Assembly: GCA_030689595.1 (NCBI GenBank)
Contig: JAUYHP010000018.1
Coordinates: 1 to 62,857, forward strand
Source of the DNA: a bacterium
GTDB taxonomy: Bacteria; Patescibacteriota; Minisyncoccia; UBA6257; WO2-44-18
DNA: 62,857 bases
Direction of reading: 5' to 3'
The notes under the pieces are model-generated. The model was not told the DNA's origin, made no database searches, and worked only from the letters and a program-made list of their open reading frames with translations. The translations under genes and the position numbers were made by a program. Positions 51,655 to 60,880 of this stretch are shown here, piece after piece (position 1 is the first letter of the stretch; the number at the start of each line of letters is the position of its first letter).

Positions 51655-52866
51655 TTAAGGTCGGCTAAGACGAAGAAAATGTCTCTTGCCTACTTGCAAT
51701 AATATCTCTCCGTCTATCTTTATATTCTCCGTCGGATCGGTTTTTTTAACATCATCTATTTTGACCGCGCCCTGCTCGATTAAACGACGCGCCTCGCTCT
51801 TGCTGGGCGCCAATTCGACTTCTACCAATAAATCTACTAATTGACGCGGCGCACCAGCTAGTTGTTTCATCGGTATATCAGTTGGCTTGTCATGCTCCGA
51901 AAAAATCTTAACAAAATTTTCTTGAGCTTGCTTGGCTCCCTCGACGCCATACAATAACTCAACCGCTGCCGCCGCTATTTTAAACTTAGCATCACGCGGG
52001 TTCATGCCGCCTTCAACCTGCTCTTTGAGCTTGGCGATTTCTGCCATGGGCATTTCGGTAGAAAACTCGGCTAAAGCAAACATGCCAGCATCATCAATGG
52101 CCATGACCTTGCCAAATATATCTTCAGGTGAATCATCTAAATTAATGAGTCCGCCCTCACTCTTGTTCATTAGTTTTTTGTCGGTGGCTGGATTAACCAA
52201 TAACTTAGTGGTCAATACAAATTTTTCTTTATTCTTATATTTCTTTTGCAAATCTCGCCCGACCAACATATTAAATGTCTGATCAGTGCCACCCACTTCT
52301 AAATCAACGTCCATGGCCACCGAATCATAGCCCTGCATCAATGGATACAAAAATTCATGCAAACCGATTGGCTTATCGGCTTTGATTCTTTCTTGAAACA
52401 TATCACGCTGAATCATTTGTTGAACAGTAAAATTTTGCGCCAAACGCACGACATCAGCAAAGCTCATTTCACCCAGCCAGCTCGAATTAAATCTCACCTT
52501 AGCGCCACCCCAGCCAAATTTTATAAACTTAGCGGCCTGTTTTTTAAAAGTTTTAAAGTTGGCTTTAATCTGTTGGCGAGTTAGTGGTTGGCGCGCAGAT
52601 GCCTTATCAGTTGGATCCCCAATTTGAGAAGTAAAATCGCCAATCAAAAATATTATTTCATGGCCTAATTGTTGTAGTCTTTTTAAAGTTAAAAAATTAG
52701 TGGCATGACCAAAATGCAAATGAGGCCCAGTAGCATCAGCCCCAAGATAAATACGCAAACGCCTCCCTGAAAGCAAAGCTTTTTCTAATTCCTCTTTCGA
52801 GGGATAGACCTTATCTATGCCTCGTTCAAGCAACTCTTTTACTAATTCTTTGTTGGTTTCTGGCAT
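51655..52866 (-). CDS. tyrS: tyrosyl-tRNA synthetase
   Basis: HIGH-like HFGHATN, a KMSKS-like KLMNKSEG loop, and a C-terminal S4 domain. Confidence 0.9.
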   Translation of the reverse strand: MPETNKELVKELLERGIDKVYPSKEELEKALLSGRRLRIYLGADATGPHLHFGHATNFLTLKRLQQLGHEIIFLIGDFTSQIGDPTDKASARQPLTRQQIKANFKTFKKQAAKFIKFGWGGAKVRFNSSWLGEMSFADVVRLAQNFTVQQMIQRDMFQERIKADKPIGLHEFLYPLMQGYDSVAMDVDLEVGGTDQTFNMLVGRDLQKKYKNKEKFVLTTKLLVNPATDKKLMNKSEGGLINLDDSPEDIFGKVMAIDDAGMFALAEFSTEMPMAEIAKLKEQVEGGMNPRDAKFKIAAAAVELLYGVEGAKQAQENFVKIFSEHDKPTDIPMKQLAGAPRQLVDLLVEVELAPSKSEARRLIEQGAVKIDDVKKTDPTENIKIDGEILLQVGKRHFLRLSRP

Positions 52867-52878
52867 GAATTGATTTTA

Positions 52879-53874
52879 TCATAAATCAATCAACCTAGTT
52901 AGTCTTTGTTTTATTTTCTGGGCATTCCCATGCTTCAATAGCCCAAAATAAGAATTTATTGTTTCTGACGCAGGGCGTTGCTGTACTCTCTTGAGCATCC
53001 GCCTCTCGGTACTGGTTCGTAAAATTCTATGATCAAGAAACTGTATCCAACCCAAAAAATCCACCCCCGAAGCCACAGTCTTTATAAAAACTTTGTTGGG
53101 GTGTAGGTCTTGGCCCAGCTCCTTTTCTAAGAAATCATCTACTTGTAATCGTATACTTTCCAGCCAGATCCTGTCTTCTGACAAAAAGACAAAGTCATCA
53201 GCATAACGAATATAATGCCTAACTTTCAATTTATGTTTAACAAATTGATCAAATTTATTCATATAGATATTAACGAAGAGTTGGGAAGTTGAATTACCCA
53301 AGGGCAAGCCGACTTCACTTCTGATAGCGAAGCTGCTAACTACTTGCCCCAACAACCACATAGTCTGTTGCTCCGAGATATATTCCCGCAAAATATCCAA
53401 CAAAATTCGCTGATCTATGCTGGCAAAGAATTTTTTGATATCACATTTTAATACCCAGCAGGTCTTAGTGTTGTTTTGGCTAACTTTATAAGTCATGGCT
53501 CTAAAACGGTTTATCGCTCGGTGCGTGCCTTTGTCTTTTCTGCAAGAAAAAGAGTCGGCTATAAAAGTTCGGTCAAAAAACGGATATAATTTTCGGTGAA
53601 TGGCATGATGCAATAATCGGTCTCTAACGCTGGCTTTGTGGATATTTCTAGGCTTGGGATCGCAGATATTAAACGCTTGATAGCTGCCATGCCTATAGGT
53701 ATGATTTACAAGATCAAAATGAAGCGATAGGATATTATCCATCAGACTAAAAGAAAATTCTTGAACGTCACGCCGCTGTCGCTTGCCTTTAATAAATTCT
53801 CGCCAGGCCTCTAGCAAATTTTCTAAACTAACTATATCTTCAAATTTATGAGTCAATTCAATTTTCATAATCAT
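52879..53874 (-). CDS. diversity-generating retroelement reverse transcriptase
   Basis: 331 aa with the RT palm motifs. YADDFVF is present, and LPLGNSTSQLFVNIY matches the DGR-type motif 4. Confidence 0.9.
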   Translation of the reverse strand: MIMKIELTHKFEDIVSLENLLEAWREFIKGKRQRRDVQEFSFSLMDNILSLHFDLVNHTYRHGSYQAFNICDPKPRNIHKASVRDRLLHHAIHRKLYPFFDRTFIADSFSCRKDKGTHRAINRFRAMTYKVSQNNTKTCWVLKCDIKKFFASIDQRILLDILREYISEQQTMWLLGQVVSSFAIRSEVGLPLGNSTSQLFVNIYMNKFDQFVKHKLKVRHYIRYADDFVFLSEDRIWLESIRLQVDDFLEKELGQDLHPNKVFIKTVASGVDFLGWIQFLDHRILRTSTERRMLKRVQQRPASETINSYFGLLKHGNAQKIKQRLTRLIDL

Positions 53875-54243
53875 ATAAAGCCCCCCCCCCGGAGGAAATC
53901 GGAAAATGATTTATCAGTTTTGCAAAAAACGATTGATGCCTACAAACTTTGGCATGGTTTTTTTCAACACCTACCAAAACTCTCTCGCTACGCGCTCGGC
54001 AACAAGATAGATAACCTGTTTTTGGATTTCATAACATCTTGTTACTGGTGGGCTTATGCATCGAAAACCAATAAACAGACAGCTTTCAACAGAGTCAGCA
54101 AAAAGCTAGACATTCTTAAATTGTTTTTAAGAATCGCTTGGGAGATAAAAATCTTGGACACAAAAAAATATGGCCTCCTCTCAATCCCCCTGGCCGAGAT
54201 CGGCAAGATAATGGGGGGATGGAAGAAATCTGCTATAGAATAA
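53848..54243 (+). CDS. avd: DGR accessory variability determinant (Avd, four-helix-bundle family)
   Basis: KKLDILKLFLRIAWEIKILDTKKYGLLSIPLAEIGKIMGGW matches the four-helix-bundle (23S rRNA IVS protein) family. It is on the strand opposite to RT, TR and VR. The start is uncertain: ATG 53848 overlaps the RT start by 27 nt. Confidence 0.75.
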   Translation: MSQFNFHNHIKPPPRRKSENDLSVLQKTIDAYKLWHGFFQHLPKLSRYALGNKIDNLFLDFITSCYWWAYASKTNKQTAFNRVSKKLDILKLFLRIAWEIKILDTKKYGLLSIPLAEIGKIMGGWKKSAIE

Positions 54244-54249
54244 ATGCCG

Positions 54250-54396
54250 TCGCGGACAGCCAAGAAGCGACAGCGATCGTTCCAGTCATCGTCAAACCAG
54301 TTCAGCTTCAGCTTGCGCTTGTCAGCATTGCTGTCGAGATACGGAACGTTACGGTTGCCATTCCTGTTCTGCCAAACCTAGCCGTTGTGTGCAATA
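54250..54396 (-). repeat. DGR template repeat (TR)
   Basis: The 135-nt core 54250-54384 aligns with 54646-54780. All 22 mismatches are at plus-strand T in the TR, which is A in the sense of the target gene. Confidence 0.9.
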
Positions 54397-54560
54397 CGCC
54401 ACCCACGCCACTACTCCTCAAATACTCTCAGAGCTGTATCGGACTCGGAATCTAAAAATTCCTTAATGTATCGCACCGAGGTCATTTATTCTAACTTGGC
54501 CGCCTGCAGCCATAGCCACAAGCTGTTTCGCCTAATTTCAATACTAATACTATCAACTCC

Positions 54561-54596
54561 AATAAAAAAGCCCGCAAAAGCATTGCTTTTGCGGGC
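54561..54596 (-). terminator. intrinsic terminator after the DGR target gene
   Basis: On the minus strand, gcccgcaaaagc-aat-gcttttgcgggc is followed by TTTTTTATT. Confidence 0.7.
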
Positions 54597-54622
54597 AGTG
54601 TCCATTGGTCCTTTGGACTTTG

Positions 54623-54639
54623 GCCCCGCTTAGCGGGGC
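54623..54639 (-). promoter_or_regulatory. GC hairpin immediately 3' of the VR (candidate DGR target-recognition stem-loop)
   Basis: gccccgc-tta-gcggggc spans the stop codon, 7 nt beyond the end of TR/VR identity. Confidence 0.5.
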
Positions 54640-55259
54640 TGGACCTCGCGGACAGCCAAGAAGCGACAGCGACCGTGCCAGACAGCGTCAAACCAGTGCA
54701 GCTTCAGCTTGCGCTCGGCAGCAGAGCCGGCGAGAGACGGAACGCGACGGCCGCCAGCCCCGCTCCGCCAAACCCAGCCGAGAGCAATAATGGAGAATTG
54801 CCTCTGGAGATCGGGGTTGTGTTCGCCGAAGGCGAGCATTTCCCAGATGGTGGCTGGGCGCAGACCTCTTCGCTTGATCTCGGTGATGGCCTGGTCAGAG
54901 CTCATGACACGGTTGAAGTGGATCAGCTCTGGGATGACCTGAACCTTGGTCGGGAAACCAGCGGGCAGATTGAGTGGGAAGTTCTTCTCGTTGATGTCCG
55001 AGTTTACCCAATCATATCTGCCTGCTTGGATCATCTGTTCCAGGGTGCTGGAGTAGTCTACGGTGAGGATGGCGGCCTGTTTGGCGCCATGACGGGCGCT
55101 GATGATGAAACCCACCACTTTCTCACGAAGGCCCTGGTTCAAGTCGAACCGCAAATCCTCGTCGGCACCACCAGCATCGAGTACGGCATTGGCCAAGGCC
55201 TGGAAGGCCTTGAAAGCGGTGCCGAAACTGGACACAAATTCACTCTTTTTTCTGGCCAT
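54630..55259 (-). CDS. DGR variable (target) protein
   Basis: 209 aa and GC-rich. The C-terminal roughly 48 codons are the VR (WVWRSGAGGRRVPSLAGSAAERKLKLHWFDAVWHGRCRFLAVR). It has a GGAGG SD and a consensus promoter upstream. Confidence 0.85.
   Translation of the reverse strand: MARKKSEFVSSFGTAFKAFQALANAVLDAGGADEDLRFDLNQGLREKVVGFIISARHGAKQAAILTVDYSSTLEQMIQAGRYDWVNSDINEKNFPLNLPAGFPTKVQVIPELIHFNRVMSSDQAITEIKRRGLRPATIWEMLAFGEHNPDLQRQFSIIALGWVWRSGAGGRRVPSLAGSAAERKLKLHWFDAVWHGRCRFLAVREVQPR
54646..54789 (-). repeat. DGR variable repeat (VR)
   Basis: See the TR entry. The invariant 27-nt GC-rich end (54646-54672) is a plausible IMH. Confidence 0.9.
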
Positions 55260-55345
55260 TATTGGCCTCCTGTTATGCGGACTGTCTTCTGCTTCGGTAA
55301 CACGCCGAAGGCTAAAATCTGCCGCTACTTAAGGTTCTATTGGAC

Positions 55346-55374
55346 AGTATAGCAGATATTGAATATCTTGTCAA
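55346..55374 (-). promoter_or_regulatory. consensus sigma70-like promoter of the DGR target gene
   Basis: On the minus strand, TTGACA (55374-55369), a 17-nt spacer, then TATACT (55351-55346). Confidence 0.6.
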
Positions 55375-55437
55375 GTGTTCATACTGGTGGGTACCGGAGA
55401 ATAAAAAAGCCCCGCTTAGCGGGGCTGATACTGATTG

Positions 55438-55587
55438 TTAAATCCAATCGTCTCGCGAATTGATATCAATAAGGCGTATTTCTTCGCGATCTTTTTCCTG
55501 AGCGTCTGCGTAGCAATCGCCACACAGCTCCTCCCCAAATCCGCAACAGGCTTCCCGTTCGTTGCATCTGACACACATTTTAAACAT
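55438..55587 (-). CDS. Cys-rich micro-protein (49 aa), not in the ORF track
   Basis: A GGAGGCGAT sequence precedes the ATG. Translation: MFKMCVRCNEREACCGFGEELCGDCYADAQEKDREEIRLIDINSRDDWI. A hairpin terminator follows at 55409-55425. Confidence 0.4.
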   Translation of the reverse strand: MFKMCVRCNEREACCGFGEELCGDCYADAQEKDREEIRLIDINSRDDWI

Positions 55588-55708
55588 ATCGCCTCCTTAT
55601 GGCTGGACCTGAAATAGTAAGGCCAGCACCGCTAAGCGGTGCTGGCACCACAATCAAAACGCCCGAGCATTATAGCACGGGCGCTTCAGATATGTCAAGT
55701 AGAGTAGC

Positions 55709-56305
55709 TTATTTCTTCTTGATAATCTCGTCAACGATGCCGTAAGTCTTTGCTTCTTGGGCGCTCATATAATAATCGCGGTCGCTGTCTTTTTCAATCT
55801 TGGAAAGCGTCTGGCCCGTATGTTTAGCCAAAATCTGATTTAATTTATCTTTGACCTTGATAATGTGGCGCGCGGTTATCTCAACCTCTACGGCCTGACC
55901 TTCGGCCCCGCCCATAACTTGATGGATCAAAACCTCTGAATTAGGCAAAGCAAATCGCTTACCTTTTTTGCCGGCCGCTAACAACACTGCCCCCATTGAA
56001 GCAGCCATACCCACACAAACGGTGGCTACATCTGGCTTAACGTATTGCATCGCATCGTAAACAGCCAAACCGGCTGTCACCGAGCCACCCGGACTATTGA
56101 TATAAAGCTTAATGTCTTTCTTGGCATCTTCGTGCTCCAAAAATAATAATTGCGCTATAACAGTGTTAGCTACCGCGTCACCCACTGGGCCGCCCAAGAA
56201 AATAATGCGCTCTTTTAACAAGCGCGAATAAATATCATAAGCCCGCTCACCATACTGTGATTTTTCAATAACTGTTGGTATTAAATATTGATATTCTGGT
56301 TCCAT
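55709..56305 (-). CDS. clpP: ATP-dependent Clp protease proteolytic subunit
   Basis: 198 aa with the catalytic Ser context GMAASMGA plus conserved His and Asp. Confidence 0.95.
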   Translation of the reverse strand: MEPEYQYLIPTVIEKSQYGERAYDIYSRLLKERIIFLGGPVGDAVANTVIAQLLFLEHEDAKKDIKLYINSPGGSVTAGLAVYDAMQYVKPDVATVCVGMAASMGAVLLAAGKKGKRFALPNSEVLIHQVMGGAEGQAVEVEITARHIIKVKDKLNQILAKHTGQTLSKIEKDSDRDYYMSAQEAKTYGIVDEIIKKK

Positions 56306-56327
56306 TCCGTTAAAATAATTAAATTAC

Positions 56328-57557
56328 TTAATTTACTTGCGACTCTAGAAATTCAAAAACCTTTCTATTCTGAATCACACCATAACTATAGTCATAATAT
56401 TGCTGACCGTCAATTTTACGCCCACTTTGTGAACTCAATAATTTCAACTCATTTTCTACCTCTTCTTTGGTCGGTAACAGATTCTCTAGTTCAGCAATCT
56501 TATAAATAACTAGATTGCCCAGAACATTATTTCGAGCGCGCTCTTTGAGCTGTGCCTTCAACTCATCATCGCTTTTACCGCTAACGACTTTAGCCAAGGC
56601 TGGATTTTGTTTATAATCCTGAACCATTTTGTCTAGAGTCCTAGCAATCATAATATCCGGCAGTTCGATTTTAGATGCCTTGATGACTTCATCGAGCGTC
56701 TTGGCGCGTAAGCGATCTTTCTCTTTGGTTTCTTTTTCTTGCTTAAGCCCATCAGCAATATTTTTCTTAATATCATCAACGGTTTTAAAATTTGGTCCTA
56801 AAGCCTGCGCCAATTCATCATTAAGCTCCGGCAGTTCACGTTCAAAAACTTGATTTAACTTAACTTTAAAATTGATCTCTTTACCGCGCAATTTGGTATT
56901 CCAATAATCATCGGGTGCTTTGAGTGAAAACTCTAAATTCTCACCGGCTTTGTGATTCTCTATCTGCTCTTCAAAACCAGGCAAGAACTTAGCCTGTCCT
57001 AAAATAAATTTCTCGCCCTTAAAAGAATCAACTTCACTCTCCAAATCAACATCTACTACATCGCCTTTGTGGGCCTCGCGGTCAACAGACACTACCTTGG
57101 CACGCGAGCCACGCAGCCATTCTAAAGAATCTGCAATTTCTTTGTCATCTACTACTGTTTCTTTTTTGTCACTAAATATCTTCTTGGCTATTTTTTTATA
57201 ATCAACTAACTCAACCTCGGGGAAAACAGCTAAAGTGGCTTTATATTTTAGACTCAAATCAGCAGAAGAAGTCACTTCTATTTGAGGCTGATCAATAAAT
57301 GTCCAATTATTCTCTTCTGAGAGCTCGTCTAAGCTCTGGCGGACTGCCTGATTGGCAGCATCGTTAAAAACCTTGTCTTTATCAACGGCTCTATCGGCCA
57401 TCTCTTTTGGAGCAGTCCCAGGACGAAAACCCTTAAGCTGTACGCCGCTTAACGCTTGTTGATAAGCTTGGTCCCAATAAACTTGGAATTCTTTTTGATC
57501 TAAGGAGACCTCTAGCTCTATTTTGGAGCCGGGAAGTTTTTTGATCGATGACTTCAT
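56328..57557 (-). CDS. tig: trigger factor
   Basis: 409 aa with an N-terminal ribosome-binding domain (GFRPGTAP motif) and a central PPIase-like region. It lies upstream of clpP. Confidence 0.85.
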   Translation of the reverse strand: MKSSIKKLPGSKIELEVSLDQKEFQVYWDQAYQQALSGVQLKGFRPGTAPKEMADRAVDKDKVFNDAANQAVRQSLDELSEENNWTFIDQPQIEVTSSADLSLKYKATLAVFPEVELVDYKKIAKKIFSDKKETVVDDKEIADSLEWLRGSRAKVVSVDREAHKGDVVDVDLESEVDSFKGEKFILGQAKFLPGFEEQIENHKAGENLEFSLKAPDDYWNTKLRGKEINFKVKLNQVFERELPELNDELAQALGPNFKTVDDIKKNIADGLKQEKETKEKDRLRAKTLDEVIKASKIELPDIMIARTLDKMVQDYKQNPALAKVVSGKSDDELKAQLKERARNNVLGNLVIYKIAELENLLPTKEEVENELKLLSSQSGRKIDGQQYYDYSYGVIQNRKVFEFLESQVN

Positions 57558-59525
57558 TTACAAGAAGGCTACGATTAATAATGCAACAATGTTGATAACC
57601 TTGATTAATGGATTTATAGCCGGACCGGCGGTGTCCTTATAAGGATCGCCAACCGTATCACCAGTTACAGCAGCTCTATGCCATTCGGTACCTTTGGCAC
57701 CAGCAGACTCAACGTATTTTTTAGCGTTATCCCAAGCAGCTCCGCCAGCTGTCATGGATATGCCCAAGAATAAACCGGCTATAATTGAACCCATCAGAAA
57801 CCCGCCCAAAGCTTCAGCGCCCAACAACAAGCCCACCGCCAATACGGAAACAATAGGCATTAATGCTGGCACAATCATCTGTTTCAATGATGCTTTCGTT
57901 ACGATATCTACTGCGCGGCCGTAATCTGGCTTGGCTGTGCCCTCCATAATCCCCTTGATCTCTCTAAATTGACGGCGAACTTCTTCTACTACTGCCCCAG
58001 CAGTCTGGCCTACGGCCTTCATAGCTATAGATGCAAATAAGTAAACAACGGCGGCCCCTAGGAATAAACCAACCACGACGTTAGGATTCTGTAATTCAAA
58101 GGCGAAGTCCTTGCCAACGATCCCAAGCTCCTCAACATAGCCAGCGAATAAGACCAGAGCCGCCAAACCAGCCGAAGCAATGGCGTAACCTTTAGTTACT
58201 GCCTTGGTAGTGTTACCCACGGCATCTAGCCCATCAGTTATCTGGCGGATCTCCTCGGGTGCATTAGTCATTTCAGCTATGCCGCCGGCATTATCAGTGA
58301 TGGGGCCAAAAGAATCTATAGCCACTATGATTCCTGCTACCGAAAGCATGGCGGTAGCGGCAATGGCAATGCCAAAAATACCAGCCAAAGCATAAGCACC
58401 AAGTATGCCAGCAACAATAACTATAATAGGTAGCGCCGTGGACTCCATGCCAACCGAGAGGCCCATAATAATATTGGTTCCGTGTCCAGATTTTGAAGCA
58501 TCGGCGATGCTACGCACTGGTCGAAACTTCTTGGCTGTATAGTAATCGGTTATCACCACCATCAAGGCGGTTACTGCTAAGCCGATCAAGCTAGCGAAGA
58601 AAATCTCCAAATGATTGATTGGGAAAAAACTTTGAGCCGCAAAATAAAATAAAATTGCCGAAACTACCAATGAAGCTGTTAGCCCCTTATATAGAGCGCC
58701 CATGATGTTTTGGCTCTTGCGTCCTAATTTTACAAAAAATCCACCGATTAAAGATGCCAAAATCGCTAAGCCGCCCAACACCAACGGAAAAGACAATTGA
58801 TCGCCGCTCAAGGTAGCTGCACCCAATAACATAGCCGCCGTTAAAGTAACGGCGTAAGTTTCAAAAAGATCAGCGGCCATACCGGCACAATCACCAACAT
58901 TATCACCTACGTTATCAGCGATAACAGCTGGGTTGCGAGGATCATCTTCAGGTATACCAGCCTCAACCTTACCAACTAAATCAGCGCCGACATCAGCTGC
59001 TTTAGTAAATATACCTCCGCCCAGTCGGGCAAAAACTGAAATCAAACTGGCACCAAAACCCAAACCGATCAAGGCCCTCACATCGCCAGTGGCAAAGAAG
59101 AACCCAGCTACCGACAACAAGGCCAAAGCCACAACCAAAAAACCGGTTACAGAGCCGGCCTGAAATGCTAATGACAAAGCCGAACCCAATCCTTTCTCGG
59201 CAGCTGCCGTAGTTTTAGAATTAGATCGAACAGCTACGTTCATGCCAATATAGCCGGCCACTGCTGAAGCTACCGCACCGATCAAAAAGCCAACTGCGGA
59301 AGTTAACCCCAGAGCAAAATAAATTATTACTAACAACACCACTGCCACTACGGCTACGCTTTTATATTGTCGATTCAAATAAGCCGAGGACCCCTCTTGA
59401 ATGGCTTTCGCGATAGCCTGCATCTTATCATTGCCGGCTGGCTGTTTTCTAAGCCAGAAAATAATATAGACGCTATATAGTATGGTAATCGCAACGGGGC
59501 CAAATATGAGTAGATAGTTATTCAT
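57558..59525 (-). CDS. hppA: membrane-bound ion-translocating pyrophosphatase
   Basis: 655 aa and polytopic, with [18 protein letters not shown] and [17 protein letters not shown] signatures. Confidence 0.95.
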   Translation of the reverse strand: MNNYLLIFGPVAITILYSVYIIFWLRKQPAGNDKMQAIAKAIQEGSSAYLNRQYKSVAVVAVVLLVIIYFALGLTSAVGFLIGAVASAVAGYIGMNVAVRSNSKTTAAAEKGLGSALSLAFQAGSVTGFLVVALALLSVAGFFFATGDVRALIGLGFGASLISVFARLGGGIFTKAADVGADLVGKVEAGIPEDDPRNPAVIADNVGDNVGDCAGMAADLFETYAVTLTAAMLLGAATLSGDQLSFPLVLGGLAILASLIGGFFVKLGRKSQNIMGALYKGLTASLVVSAILFYFAAQSFFPINHLEIFFASLIGLAVTALMVVITDYYTAKKFRPVRSIADASKSGHGTNIIMGLSVGMESTALPIIVIVAGILGAYALAGIFGIAIAATAMLSVAGIIVAIDSFGPITDNAGGIAEMTNAPEEIRQITDGLDAVGNTTKAVTKGYAIASAGLAALVLFAGYVEELGIVGKDFAFELQNPNVVVGLFLGAAVVYLFASIAMKAVGQTAGAVVEEVRRQFREIKGIMEGTAKPDYGRAVDIVTKASLKQMIVPALMPIVSVLAVGLLLGAEALGGFLMGSIIAGLFLGISMTAGGAAWDNAKKYVESAGAKGTEWHRAAVTGDTVGDPYKDTAGPAINPLIKVINIVALLIVAFL

Positions 59526-59545
59526 ATTGTAATCTTCAAATTAAA

Positions 59546-60880
59546 TTATTCTTCTGACTCTTTCTCTTTCGCCTTTGTTTCTTTTTTACCCTCATCAGCA
59601 CTATCAGCCGCTACTTCAACGTTGCCATCCGGGCTAGCCGGAGCTGCGCCTTCTTCAGTTGGGATAGCGGCGATTCCACCGTCTTGCACTTCCTCCGGAT
59701 GCGCTTGAGAGCGTATATCAATTTTCCAGCCAGTCAATTTAGCAGCCAAACGGACATTTTGCCCGCCCTTGCCAATAGCCAAGCTTAGCTGATCATCTGG
59801 CAAATAAACTCTAGCCTCACGTCGCGGCAAAATCTCCACTCCTTTTACTTTAGCTGGAGACAGCGCATTGGCAATAAATTTAGCTGGGTCATCAGACCAT
59901 TCGATAATATCAATTTTTTCATTACCCAATTCGTTACTCACCGCCATAACTCTGGTGCCACGCTGGCCGACTAAAGAGCCAACTGGATCCACGCCATCCA
60001 TTTTTGAAATAGCCGCAATTTTTGTTCGGCTACCAGCTTCACGAGCCACTTCTTTTATTTCGACGGTCTCATCATTTATCTCGGGCACTTCAAGCGCAAA
60101 AAGCCTAGAAACAAAATTAGGATGGAATCTGGACAAAATAATGCCCGGAATTTTTGTTTCTTGCTGTACGGCCATGACATAAAAACGCATACGCTCACCG
60201 ATACGGTAATGCTCCCCGGGGATAGATTCATTGTAGAACATGATACCGGTGGCACGCCCTAAATCAATATAGATATTGCCACGCTCAAGACGCTGAATGA
60301 TGCCGCTTACGATCTCACCTTCTTTGTGCTGAAATTCAGCCAAGACCGATTCACGCTCGGCTTCGCGCAATTTTTGTAAAATTACCTGTTTGGCAGTTTG
60401 AGCGGCAATACGGCCAAAATCTTCATGAGTTTCTAGTGGAAATTCCAGCTCATCTTCTAGCTTTGCGCCTTTCTTTATTTTCTTGGCCTCGTCTAAAAAT
60501 ATATGACGTGCTGGATTATAGCGTGGCAATAATTCTTCGCCATCTTCCACAACCTCTACTTCAGCTGGGGCCTTTTCGTTCTTCTCAGTGGGCTTGGTGG
60601 TCACAGCTCCGGCATCGCCACCTTCGGCAGCTTCCTCTTCCTCCTCAACTATCCTCACCGTACTTTCATCTACAACAGTCTTAACCTGCCAAAATTTTAA
60701 ATCTCCGCTTTTAACATCAAATTTAGCTTTAATAATTTCGCCTCTCTCGGCGTATTCCTTTTTATAAGCGGCAGCGATAGAAGACTCAATGGCCTCTAAC
60801 ACCTTACTAACATCAATACCCTTTTCTTCCGAAACTTGATCTATGGCGCGCTTAATAGTTTTTAAATCGAACATGCTCAT
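59546..60880 (-). CDS. nusA: transcription termination/antitermination factor NusA
   Basis: N-terminal domain, S1 domain and two KH domains (GQRGTRV, IGKGGQNVRLA). An acidic insertion (EEEEEAAEGGDAG...) and an acidic tail are present. Confidence 0.9.
   Translation of the reverse strand: MSMFDLKTIKRAIDQVSEEKGIDVSKVLEAIESSIAAAYKKEYAERGEIIKAKFDVKSGDLKFWQVKTVVDESTVRIVEEEEEAAEGGDAGAVTTKPTEKNEKAPAEVEVVEDGEELLPRYNPARHIFLDEAKKIKKGAKLEDELEFPLETHEDFGRIAAQTAKQVILQKLREAERESVLAEFQHKEGEIVSGIIQRLERGNIYIDLGRATGIMFYNESIPGEHYRIGERMRFYVMAVQQETKIPGIILSRFHPNFVSRLFALEVPEINDETVEIKEVAREAGSRTKIAAISKMDGVDPVGSLVGQRGTRVMAVSNELGNEKIDIIEWSDDPAKFIANALSPAKVKGVEILPRREARVYLPDDQLSLAIGKGGQNVRLAAKLTGWKIDIRSQAHPEEVQDGGIAAIPTEEGAAPASPDGNVEVAADSADEGKKETKAKEKESEE

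Noticed and set aside
54675-55352. Long antisense ORFs opposite the DGR target (54675-55352, 54709-54942, 55102-55332) and ORFs 54138-54455, 54385-54633 and 54491-54691 across the TR and spacer.
   Set aside because: They are GC-rich antisense or spacer frames without start signals. The minus-strand 209-aa frame carries the VR, an SD and a promoter.
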